Source: Octopus vulgaris
Taxonomy: Eukaryota
DNA: 64,000 bases
Assembly (NCBI GenBank): GCA_951406725.2
Contig: OX597814.1
Coordinates: forward strand, 73,842,001 to 73,906,000
Direction of reading: 5' to 3'
The notes below the pieces were generated by a model. The model did not search any database. It was given only the letters and a program-made list of their open reading frames with translations, and was not told where the DNA came from. The position numbers and the translations under genes were made by a program. This document shows positions 40,023-55,471 of this stretch, piece after piece (the stretch's first letter is position 1; each line of letters begins with the position of its first letter).

Positions 40023-41149
40023 CTGCAAAAGAGGATTTAAAATATAATTCAAGATTGTGTGTGAAAAATAAGGATTCACATGTTAAGTTTATTTGTTTAT
40101 CAATAAACCTCTCCAGCATGTATGCAGTCAAATGACTGAAACAAGTAAAAGAATTAAAAGAAAAAAACTAAAATGAACAGTTAAGTTAAATCATCTAACG
40201 AGAAGGTAAATGTTTCACATTTTCCTCTTTGGTGAAGAATCAGCAGGAGTTTATAGGGAGGTATAACACTGTAAAAATACGTTGTTGAATTCTATAAACC
40301 TAAGAATGTTCCAATAAGCTAATATCTGCGTATGTGGCCAGTAGTTCTTGACTATGCTGTGTAGTACTATCGAGTAAAATTGGATGAAGACAAGAAAGCA
40401 GCACTATTAGAGAGGGAAAGAGCATTAAAACTTCGGGAACTGTTTGGTGTAGAAATGTAACTAACAGGACTGTGTTTCCAGTATGATACCGAACGTGGTA
40501 TCGATCAACGACTTGTTGGAATACATGCAGGAAATGTAAGATTGTATAAAAAGTCTGATGAAATTATGATTAATTAGAACAATAAAATGGAACTGTTTGC
40601 TTTGGAGAGAGGGTAAGCTATTTCATTTTTCATTCTTTTATTTATTATATTCATATTTTATATGATACGTTCTATGTACACCACGTTTTGTGTTGTCTGT
40701 CCTTGTGGTGTCCCATCATTTTTCAGGCTTTATGCCTATAATAAAGAGAAAGTGTAGTTCTATATTTGCATACGTAGCCATAATTTAAATGTAATTTGTA
40801 CTGCTATTTATTATATCTACATATGTGATAAGAACTACATTGTATTTTGTAATACTAACTTTTACATCTTTATTTTAGCCAATATTTCTGTATAGTTTAA
40901 ACTACTAATATTTACTTATGTTTGCATAATTTCATTATCTTTTCCAACAATTATGAGAACTGTAGAATTTAATAGCCATGATCTGTACATTTATACAAAG
41001 AAACACTTTCAGCACGTTCGAACTCACTTTTGTGCTTGTAGTAACTTATCTATTAAGTCATTCCATCCCAAGAAATAACACCATGTACATGTATATTAGA
41101 TAAGAGAGGTGAGATAGCAAAAGCAATAACGCGTTAGATTAAATGTCTA

Positions 41150-42030
41150 CAGGGATCTTTACCCTTTGAACGGCAGATCAAGAAAATAATTTTTTGTAAC
41201 TAAACACTTTCAAAGTTCGGACACTGGTAGAATGTGTCATATAAAACATCGTTTACTCTTAGTGTTGTTGTGAAAAGTTTATATTTTCAAAGTTATTTCG
41301 TGTTAAAGTTGTCGTATTTCGGTAATTTCAACCAATCAATGACGTGTATTCAGCTGAATAAAATTACTGCTGTTCCGGCGGTGTATATTTCGTTGTCACT
41401 GTTACTTATGACATATTTCATCTCAGTTGCGTTTGTATGAATAACGAATGTATCTGAAGCATGTTTACTTCATGGAACCACTATAATCGTTCGTGCATTT
41501 CTACTGCTTTTAGTTTTTTCCCTGTTTTTCAGCTACTATTTTCGGAAAGACATTTTTGCCCCCTACCCCTGGCCCTCCAATTTCTTCATTTTTCACTTTT
41601 TTCTGTAACTCTAACCCTAAAACCCCATCCCTAACCATAACCGTAGCCCTAAAACCTTAACCCTAACCCTAACACCCTAACCTTAATTCTAAAACTCTAG
41701 CCCTAACCGTAAAACACTAACCCTCACTCTAAAACTCTAACCCTAACCCTAAAACCCTAAACCTAAAGACCTAACTCTAACCTTAAAACCACAAAGCTAG
41801 AACCAGTACAAACGCACGAACGATATCGAAAATAACATTGAAAAAGGAAATATACACCTCCGATAGTTGTTGTTGACAAACAATGTCAGTAATTTTATTC
41901 AGCAGAATACACATCATTGATTGGTTGAAATTACCGAAATACAACAACTTTAACACGAAATAACTTCTTAAATATAAAATTCTCTCAAAAATACTATGAG
42001 TAAAAGATGTTTCATATGACACATTCAACC
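41150..42030. mobile_element. Fold-back/MITE-like element with an internal degenerate (CCCTAA)n array
   Basis: Inverted repeats about 41227-41400 vs 41850-42030; telomere-like repeats about 41610-41785. Confidence 0.75.
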
Positions 42031-42061
42031 AATATATATACACATATACATATATATTTAC

Positions 42062-42113
<52 letters not shown>

Positions 42114-42126
42114 ATATATGTGTTTG

Positions 42127-42159
<33 letters not shown>

Positions 42160-42167
42160 GTATATTT

Positions 42168-42258
<91 letters not shown>

Positions 42259-42262
<4 letters not shown>

Positions 42263-43320
42263 TGATTGATTGATTGATTCTAGTTTCAGCTCACGAGCTG
42301 TGGCCATGCTGGGGCACCGCCATTTGGTGTTGCTACATGGTTTTACTTCACGAATGCTTTTTAGCAACTGCCATTTGGTGCATGAGAGAGTTCGATGCAG
42401 CTGCCCTCATCTGCACCTCCTGCCGTGAAGTTGGTTCATCTGGGATACCTGACAAGAAGAGATCCAGTTTTATTTTAAAGACATCTGCATCCACCCCATG
42501 CAGGTCTCTTAGGTTCTTCGGGAGGATATTGAAGAGCTGTGGGCCTCGGAAGCCCAGGCTATCACAGTATCTTGTCCTACATCTTGATGGCAAATTAGGA
42601 GTCCTTGGCACCACGCAGTGGCGCCCAGTTCTGGCATTTGTGTAACTCTCGATGCCAAACTTTGGGACAAGTCCTTCCAGGATCTTCCAGATGTATATTA
42701 TGGCATATCTTTCTCGCCTACGCCCCAAGGAATAGAGTTTTAATCTCTTGAGTCTTTCCCAGTAGCTTATATTCTGCACAGAGGCTATCTTCTTCGTGTA
42801 GCTACGTTGGATCGCCTCAAGTTCTGTGATCAACTTGACACTGGATGGTGACCATAGCTGAGAGCAATAGTCAAAGTGGCTTAGGACAAGCGTTCTCCAG
42901 AGGACCATCATGGTTTCTTGTTCTCTTGTTCTAAAGGTTCTGAGAATCCATCCGGCCAGTCGTCTACATTTCATTGCCAATTTAGCAACATATACACGAA
43001 AGGTTGCGTCATCACTCATTTAAATACCCAGGTCACGCACGGATTGTGCCTCTGGGATTGCTATTCCTCCGGGTCCAGTGTATTCATTGGGTATTGCATT
43101 TAATTTTGCATGCTGATAGTATAAAGCTTGAAACTTTTCAACAATGAACGGCATGCTATTCTATTCAGCCCACTTGTATATTTTGTCCAGCTCACATTGC
43201 AGGCGTTTAGTGTCCTCAAGGTTCTGTATTGCCTGTGAAACTTTTGTATCATCTGCATAACTTGTGATCGTGGCTCTCTGCGTGTATATATGTAGCTCTC
43301 TGCGTGGCTCTCTGCGTGCA
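42259..43320 (-). mobile_element. 5'-truncated CR1-group LINE (second subfamily) with an (AATC)n tail
   Basis: YADDT; ORF 42348-43019 GWILRTF..YSLGRRRERY..GPQLFN..IPDEP; 3' stem-loop plus (AATC)n. Confidence 0.9.
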
Positions 43321-46422
<3,102 letters not shown>

Positions 46423-47873
46423 TATCCTTCGAGACCTTTTGGTCCATAGCTCCTTCCCTGACCCTACCTCCCAACCCGGCTCGTTCCCCTGCTCCCGCCC
46501 ACGTTGCCGCACTTGCCCTTACCTCTCCAACACCACCCGCCTCACTAGCACCCACCATCGACCCTATCCCATCATCCACTCCTTCACCTGCACCTCCAGC
46601 AATATTATCTATTGCATCTCTTGCTCCCTCTGCAATTCCTTGTACATCGGACAAACGGGACGCCGCTTGGCTGACCGGTTCGCGGAACACCTTCGTGACA
46701 TCCACCTTGCGAACGACACACCGGTCTCACGCCATTTCCGCTCCACCGGTCACTCCTTGCAACACCTATCTGTGTTCGGTTTGTCCTTACACAGAGGCCA
46801 TCCGGATTCCCGTTTGCGCCGTGAACAGGAATTAATCTTCTCTCTTCGCTCTTATACGCCATTTGGTCTCAACTCTCCCCCCTCCTCATCTAACCCCCCT
46901 CTCCCCCTCCTCACCTATCCTTTCTCCCCCCGACCCCTACTTCTTCAGTCCTTCATCCTTTCACCCCTACTCCCCTTCCCTTCTTCCCTCTTTCTCCCTC
47001 CCTCTTCCCCTTCCCTCTGCTCCCTCACTCCCTCTCTCCCCTTCTCTCTCCCCCTCTCCCTCTTTCCTCCTTCATCCCCCTCATCCCCTTCCTTCTCCCC
47101 CATCCTCTCCTCTTCCCCCTTCTCCTCCCCCTCTTCTTCCCCTCCCCTTCTCTCCCCCTCTTCTCCCCCTCCCCCTCTTCTCCTCACTACACCACATGAC
47201 TTTACACATCACATCACATATGATGTGCCATACTAATACACACACCAACTAATACATACTAATACGTACTAATACATACTAGTACATACTAATACTTACA
47301 CCAACCCTATACATACACACGTCCAGACCCCGCATACGCACTTATACTCTCTCACACACACACACACACACCTATACATACCAATACGTACTAATACATA
47401 CTAATACATACTAATACATACACCAACCCCATACATACGCACGTCCAGACCAATCTTACGCACTAATACTCTCTCATACACACACACACACACACACACA
47501 CCCTTATACATACTAATACATACACCAACCCTATACATACACACATCCAGACCCCTCCCACGCACTTTTAGCTGGTCCCTCAACCCTTTTATCAACCCTA
47601 TTATCTCCCCTTATTTCGCTCTCGCGTCTCATGTTTGATCTTTGACCTCTGGCCGAAATCAGATCGCCATGTTGATTCGTTAGCTACTGCACGCATTTTT
47701 TTCTCTCCTTCTTTCTGTGTTTTTCTCTCTCTGTGTATCTTTCTGTTGAAGAGCGTAGGCTCGAAACGTTAAAGACTTGTTTTATTTATATTTCCTGAGC
47801 GCCATACTAATACAATTGTTCGTTTGTTTTCCACCTGCCTTCGTCTTTTGTTTATTTTCATAAAGCTTCCCGT
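46423..47873 (+). mobile_element. 5'-truncated Penelope-like element (Neptune-type): GIY-YIG plus 3'UTR/pLTR
   Basis: [47 protein letters not shown]; CT-rich tract; repeats at about 47301, 47423 and 47526; hammerhead 47738-47775. Confidence 0.9.
47738..47775 (+). ncRNA. Minimal hammerhead variant (core CTGTTGA)
   Basis: TCTTT-CTGTTGA-AGAGC gtag GCTC-GAAA-C-GTT-AAAGA. Confidence 0.65.
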
Positions 47874-48044
<171 letters not shown>

Positions 48045-48075
48045 GTATATATGTATATATATATATGTATATATG

Positions 48076-48169
<94 letters not shown>

Positions 48170-48184
48170 CACACACACACAAAT

Positions 48185-48219
<35 letters not shown>

Positions 48220-48409
48220 CATCAATCTTTAGAACCTGGGCTTCGTAACATCAGAAAGGACACAACTAATTAGGATTCAATCGTCCATTAATGGACATGT
48301 GTATGTAAAACATTTCGGTTAGTGTGGCCAATAGAAGGTATATATACACTACGCGCGCACACACACATACATACACACATAATGTGTTTACTCTGTGGAC
48401 AGAGAGCAA

Positions 48410-48509
48410 NNNNNNNNNNNNNNNNNNNNNNNNNNNNNNNNNNNNNNNNNNNNNNNNNNNNNNNNNNNNNNNNNNNNNNNNNNNNNNNNNNNNNNNNNNN
48501 NNNNNNNNN
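48410..48509. other. Assembly gap (100 N)
   Basis: Run of N. Confidence 1.
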
Positions 48510-48842
48510 TATGTATATTTGGATTAACTGTTGAACTGGACGGACGTCTATTTGTTTCTCTCCCGAGTCAGTAGCAAGCTACACAGCTTCAAAACTAACT
48601 GACCTTAAATATATATATATTTGTAACCACGTGTTTGCCTACAAACCCGTAAGTACGTTTTCATTTAACTACAAATTGTTATATACACCTGTTTTTCTTT
48701 TAATATCCTCAAACAACCAAATAATCAAAAACTCACACCCTTAAGAGAGAACATTTATATATATATACACTTCTTTAACTCCCAAGAAAGAATATATATA
48801 TTTTCAAAAATCAAAAGGAAAACAAACAAAAGAAAAACAAAC

Positions 48843-50069
48843 ATGACTAACTTGCAGGCCTGCAACAGACGAAATTGGTCTGATAACGAAATTGATGTTT
48901 TAATAAACACATGGCTCTCTCTTTCCCAAACAGAAAATCTAAATGTCTTGTGTTTGAATGAGATTGCCGAAAAAACATCACAAGTGGTCAACACACGATC
49001 CGTCAAACAGATTCGTAGCAAGTTGAAACATATCGAAGTATCTTTCAAACTGATAAGAGGCCATTATGAAAAGCTTCTACATATTTTCACAGTTCAAGAA
49101 CAACAACAGCTAGAAAATCAGCAGCCACAACAACAACAACAACAGAATGAGCCACTCCTGGTTCCCAACACAATGGCTGACCCTGACATCGGTCAGGCAC
49201 AACAACAACAACAACAGCCACAGCAACAAGAACAACAACAGCCACTCCTCAACTCTAGCTTACTAGACGATTCACTAAATGCCAGTATCTTTTCACCGCT
49301 CTCACAGCAACCACCACAATTATCATCATCATCATCACCACCGCTGCCACCATCGTCTTCTATCACCAAAAATACCAACAGAAAACCAAATAAGAAACCA
49401 CTGCCCTCTTCCCCCACATCACCACCTCAATACTACTGCAGTAACAAAAACTTAAAGAAACATAGGAAGCAGAATGCGCCCCCCACGGCACAAACAAGAA
49501 ATCCCCAAATATGCCGCTATTCACTGCGCCAGAGACTCTGCACAAATAGTGACTGCATCTTCACGCATCTACCCGGCACTAGACGCACTACTGGCCAAGG
49601 CCAAAGCACGCATCCCACAATAACATCAACACCACCAAATAGTAAATCGAAATTCAAAACACACACAACTCGGAGTCCCAAAATCTGCCGGTATTCCCAA
49701 CGTGAGAGAACATGTCTACTGAGTGACTGTCCCTTCACTCATCTTCCAGGGACCCGACGCACAAACAGAAACGGGGCCTCAAGCCAACACACAAACCTGA
49801 ATAACAATAAAAATAGAAACACACCATGCTGCAGTAATGCTGGTCCAGTCTTTTCAGGAAGACACAAAAACAACAACAACAAAAGTGGAAACTACAACCC
49901 TATCCAACAGTGCAACCACACCTCCAGCCAAAAACTGCTCCCTAAGCAGGAAAATTCTTTAGCCATGTTGAACATGGCAAAAGAGATACACAAAAACATT
50001 CTAGCCATCACTCAACACCATCCTATGCTATTACCCCAGTGCACCAATTCCCCACATTGCTGCCACTAA
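48843..50069 (+). CDS. LINE ORF1 protein (408 aa): Myb/SANT-like N-terminus, polyQ/Pro linker, two CCCH zinc fingers
   Basis: NWSDNEIDVLINTW..RSVKQIRSKL; two copies of C-x8-C-x4-C-x3-H followed by LPGTRR. Confidence 0.8.
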   Translation: MTNLQACNRRNWSDNEIDVLINTWLSLSQTENLNVLCLNEIAEKTSQVVNTRSVKQIRSKLKHIEVSFKLIRGHYEKLLHIFTVQEQQQLENQQPQQQQQQNEPLLVPNTMADPDIGQAQQQQQQPQQQEQQQPLLNSSLLDDSLNASIFSPLSQQPPQLSSSSSPPLPPSSSITKNTNRKPNKKPLPSSPTSPPQYYCSNKNLKKHRKQNAPPTAQTRNPQICRYSLRQRLCTNSDCIFTHLPGTRRTTGQGQSTHPTITSTPPNSKSKFKTHTTRSPKICRYSQRERTCLLSDCPFTHLPGTRRTNRNGASSQHTNLNNNKNRNTPCCSNAGPVFSGRHKNNNNKSGNYNPIQQCNHTSSQKLLPKQENSLAMLNMAKEIHKNILAITQHHPMLLPQCTNSPHCCH

Positions 50070-53000
50070 CACACACAAAAAATCCAAGCCCCCTGCAACA
50101 GTCAAAACCAGCCACTATACTAACCTCCACATTCCTACTCAATGCACAAGGTGTCAGCCCTTCCATCAATGCACAAAAATGGAAGGTCCAATTCATTGAA
50201 GACTGGGTTGGTAACCATTCACACCACATCCCTTTCTTCATTCTCACTGAGACCCACCTTGACAACTCCCACTTGGAAGCCGAAGTGAGAGTGAAGAATT
50301 TCACAACCATCCGCGCGGATCGTATCGGCAGGAGGAAGGGTGGAACTGCCATTTTCCTGCATGATTCATTTACGGCAGATGGAAATAGTATATTCTCCAA
50401 CGGCTACTGTGAATCAGTCACCGTGCACAACAAAGCCAATGATCTGACAGTAATTGGGCTCTATAGGCCGCCCCAAACACCCATACTGTGCTTTAAAGAA
50501 TGCCTCAACAGCATTAAGTGCTTTATTCAACAGTGCCATTCTAGCAACATACTCATGATGGGAGACTTCAATCTACCCTGTGTTGACTGGACTACAAACT
50601 GTTTGAAACCAAGCACTCCCGCCTCAACCGCTGACAAAGAAGCAGCAGAGTCACTTTTCGACTTTACGAATGAGTTTTTCTTGTCCCAACTTGTCCTTGC
50701 ACCAACAAGACATCAGAACATTTTGGACCTAGTGTTTAGTAACCACACTAACACTATACATAACGTTACAGTGGAAAAAACCCTTCTTTCAGACCATGAC
50801 ATGGTTCTCTGTAACATGAAATTCCACCAGCCGAAAGCTAATCCTAGTGACCTTCCTCCAGCCCACCCATTTGACAACATGGATCTCCATAAAGCCAACT
50901 GGGATGCAATCAGGAACGAGCTATCAAATGTTGACTGGTCCTTTACACATACACACATCTCCACCAACCATAAAACATCTTGGCAGATCTTTGTAGACAC
51001 CGTCACAGACATATGTGCAAAACACTCCCCACCAAGACCTGTGAACAAAAAGTGCAGAATCCCCCAAAACAGAAAAACCATTATCAGAAAAATAAAAAGA
51101 ACAAACAAAAAAATTAACAAACTAAAGTACTGCCAACAGCAACACACACATTCGACGGCTATCGCACTGCTTGAATCCAAAAAATATAACCTCCAACAAT
51201 GCATGAAGACCCTCATCAATAACCAAAGATCAGCTGAGGAGAAGTGGGCCATTGAAAAAATCAAACTCAACCCCAAAGTGTTCTTTTCATTTGCGAGGAA
51301 ACGCAGGGTCACTGTCTCCACTGTAGGCCCTCTAATTGACGAAACTGGCACTCTCCAAGATAATGCCAAATCCATGGCCGAGATACTGCAGAAACAATAC
51401 TGCTCTGTTTTCAGCAATCCTGATATGGCCGATCTGGGCTGTATCAGTGATGTCAACCCCCAACACACTATATCGGACATAACGTTTAGTGCCCCTGATG
51501 TCTTAGCGGCGATAAACGAAATAAAACACAATTCAGCAGTAGGCCCCGATAGGTTCCCTGCTTGTGTCCTGAAGGTGTGTCGACACCAACTTGCATCTCC
51601 CCTTGCTAATCTGTGGAGAAACTCACTGGATGCTGGCTATATTCCAAAAAACCTTCTGTCCCAGTCTGTTGTCCCAGTTTTCAAAAAGGGAAACAAGTCC
51701 CTTGCAGTGAATTACCGTCCGATCTCACTCACCTCTCATATCATCAAGGTATTTGAGAGGGTGGTGAGATCTCAAATAACCCAATTTCTGGAAAGCAACA
51801 GACGGCTGATCTCCAACCAACATGGGTTCCGTAATGGAAGGGACTGCCTAACGCAGCTCCTGCATCACTTTGAGGACATTTTGAGAGCTTTGGGAGAGGG
51901 CTCCAACACCGATGTCATCTACCTTGATTTCAGTAAGGCCTTCGACAGGGTCGATCACAAGATCCTATTGAAAAAACTATCCAACATTGGTGTCTCTGGA
52001 AAGTTACTGAAATGGATTAAGTGTTTCCTGACAGACAGATCTCAACATGTTGTAGTTGAAGGGGTAAAATCAAGCCCAGCCAAAGTCAGTAGTGGCGTTC
52101 CGCAAGGCACTGTGCTGGGCCCACTTCTTTTCATCATTTACATTAATGACATTAATGACATCATCAAGCACAGCAACATAAAAATCTTTGCAGATGACTC
52201 CAAGCTACAGAAGGTCATAAATGAGGCGAGTGACCGGACATGCCTTCAGTCAGATCTACTGGCTGTTATCCAATGGGCAGAAAAAAACAATATGCTGCTG
52301 AACGAGGATAAATTTGAGCTAATCCACTTTGGAAAAGAAGATGCCCTGAAACTCCCATACTCCCTTCCTTCAGGTGAAACTCTCGCGGCGTCCAACAACA
52401 TCAGAGACTTGGGAGTAATTGTGGACAACAACGTAAGCTGGGCCACTCATATAAACACCAAAGTTGACATGGCCCGCAGAATGTGTTCCTGGATTCTCAG
52501 AACTTTCCAGTCGAGAGATATCCACACCATTATCCTTCTCTTCTCCACTTTTGCCCGACCCCACCTTGAATACTGTTGTCCACTGTGGTCTCCCCACACA
52601 ATACAAGGTATCAAAAAAGTCGAAGCACCTCAAAGGGCAATCACAAAAAAGATAGATGGCATGACAGGCCTCGACTATTGGGGTCGACTAGAAAAGCTAA
52701 AACTCTATTCTCTCCAACGTCGTCGTGAGCGCTACATCATCTGCATGATGTGGAAAATATTCCATCAGCATTGCCCAAATGATGTTGGCATCACCTTTAA
52801 GGTACATCAAAGGCTTGGGCCCCGTGCCATCCGCCCAAAACAAAAATCGCACTCTCATCTCATAACAACAATACGGCACAATTATTTCACCTCAATTGGC
52901 CCCGCTCTCTTTAACATTACACCAAAACACATTAAAACAGAAACTGACCCTATAGGGTTCAAGAAGTCTTTGGACAGATTCCTTCAAGAAATCCCGGATA

Positions 53001-53074
53001 AACCCCCTACACCCGGATATGCCTCTGTAAACAATAACTCTCTACTTGAGTGGGCCATAGTGCCCAAATTCTGA
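50039..53074 (+). CDS. LINE ORF2: APE endonuclease plus reverse transcriptase (1011 aa, no stops)
   Basis: ETHL, YRPP, GDFN, LDL, SDHD; NYRPISL, LDFSKAFD, GVPQG..LGP, FADD; annotated start is GTG. Confidence 0.95.
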   Translation: MHQFPTLLPLTHTKNPSPLQQSKPATILTSTFLLNAQGVSPSINAQKWKVQFIEDWVGNHSHHIPFFILTETHLDNSHLEAEVRVKNFTTIRADRIGRRKGGTAIFLHDSFTADGNSIFSNGYCESVTVHNKANDLTVIGLYRPPQTPILCFKECLNSIKCFIQQCHSSNILMMGDFNLPCVDWTTNCLKPSTPASTADKEAAESLFDFTNEFFLSQLVLAPTRHQNILDLVFSNHTNTIHNVTVEKTLLSDHDMVLCNMKFHQPKANPSDLPPAHPFDNMDLHKANWDAIRNELSNVDWSFTHTHISTNHKTSWQIFVDTVTDICAKHSPPRPVNKKCRIPQNRKTIIRKIKRTNKKINKLKYCQQQHTHSTAIALLESKKYNLQQCMKTLINNQRSAEEKWAIEKIKLNPKVFFSFARKRRVTVSTVGPLIDETGTLQDNAKSMAEILQKQYCSVFSNPDMADLGCISDVNPQHTISDITFSAPDVLAAINEIKHNSAVGPDRFPACVLKVCRHQLASPLANLWRNSLDAGYIPKNLLSQSVVPVFKKGNKSLAVNYRPISLTSHIIKVFERVVRSQITQFLESNRRLISNQHGFRNGRDCLTQLLHHFEDILRALGEGSNTDVIYLDFSKAFDRVDHKILLKKLSNIGVSGKLLKWIKCFLTDRSQHVVVEGVKSSPAKVSSGVPQGTVLGPLLFIIYINDINDIIKHSNIKIFADDSKLQKVINEASDRTCLQSDLLAVIQWAEKNNMLLNEDKFELIHFGKEDALKLPYSLPSGETLAASNNIRDLGVIVDNNVSWATHINTKVDMARRMCSWILRTFQSRDIHTIILLFSTFARPHLEYCCPLWSPHTIQGIKKVEAPQRAITKKIDGMTGLDYWGRLEKLKLYSLQRRRERYIICMMWKIFHQHCPNDVGITFKVHQRLGPRAIRPKQKSHSHLITTIRHNYFTSIGPALFNITPKHIKTETDPIGFKKSLDRFLQEIPDKPPTPGYASVNNNSLLEWAIVPKF

Positions 53075-53163
53075 CTTGAAAGACTTCACCAGGTGGTGCT
53101 ATTAAGTTAGACATGGCCTGGGCCAATAATGGCCGAAACCTATCAAAGTATCAAAGTATCAAA

Positions 53164-54400
<1,237 letters not shown>

Positions 54401-54402
54401 TA

Positions 54403-54632
54403 TCATCATCATCATCATCGTTTAACGTCCGTTTTCCGCGCTAGCACGGGTTGGACGGTTTCGACCGGGGTCTGCGGAGCTAGGGACTGCCCCAGGCTCC
54501 AGTCTAGTCTGGCAGTGTTTCTACAGCTGGATGCCCTTCCTAACGCCAACCACTCCGCGAGTGTAGTGGGTGTTTTTACGTGCCACCTGCACAGGTGCCA
54601 GAGGGGTCTGGTATCGGCCACGTTCGGATGGT
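54403..54632 (-). mobile_element. SINE/RTE-related 3' fragment with a (GAT)n tail
   Basis: Reverse complement reads GTTAGGAAGGGCATCCAGCTGTAG...GGACGTTAAACGATGATGATG. Confidence 0.7.
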
Positions 54633-55169
54633 GCTTTTTTTTTTTTTTATGTGGGAGGGGGGCAGAAATATATAGGGGAGGACCAGTGGGGAGGGGTGGT
54701 TCAGAGAAATGATGACAGGTTCTAGGCAAGTAGAACGTAGGATATCAAGGGAGGGGTAATGCATGGTAAAATAGCGTATTGAAGAGGGGGTTCGAAGAGT
54801 AGACACCTATAATGGTGGTGGGAGAAGCGACATCCGGTATAGATGGAGCAAAAATATAGAGATATCCGGTATTGGTGGTGGGGGTGGGCAAGGGCGGGTG
54901 CACCGGGAATATGCGAAGGTTGAACTGATGGGCTGGCTTAAAAATGCTCTTAGCAATGGAAGGGGGGAATGGCAGACAACGTGAGAGAGGGAGAGAGAGA
55001 GAGAGAGAGAAGGGAAGGGAACAGTGGAACCCCGCGAAAATGGGCCGCCATTGAAAAAAAAACCCTGTATGGAGAAATAATATGCAATACGAGGCGAAGC
55101 TGAAAATAGTAATAATAATAATAATAAGCAAACTGTCGACCAGGGGATCAAAGGGACAATACTAATATA

Positions 55170-55437
<268 letters not shown>

Positions 55438-55471
55438 AATACATAAATACATATATATATATATATATATG

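Noticed and set aside
47230-47560. Spaced repeats resembling a CRISPR array
   Set aside because: Eukaryotic context; the spacers are themselves repetitive; part of a Penelope 3'UTR
50713-51531. 272-aa antisense ORF within LINE ORF2
   Set aside because: No recognisable motifs; likely a shadow of ORF2 codon usage
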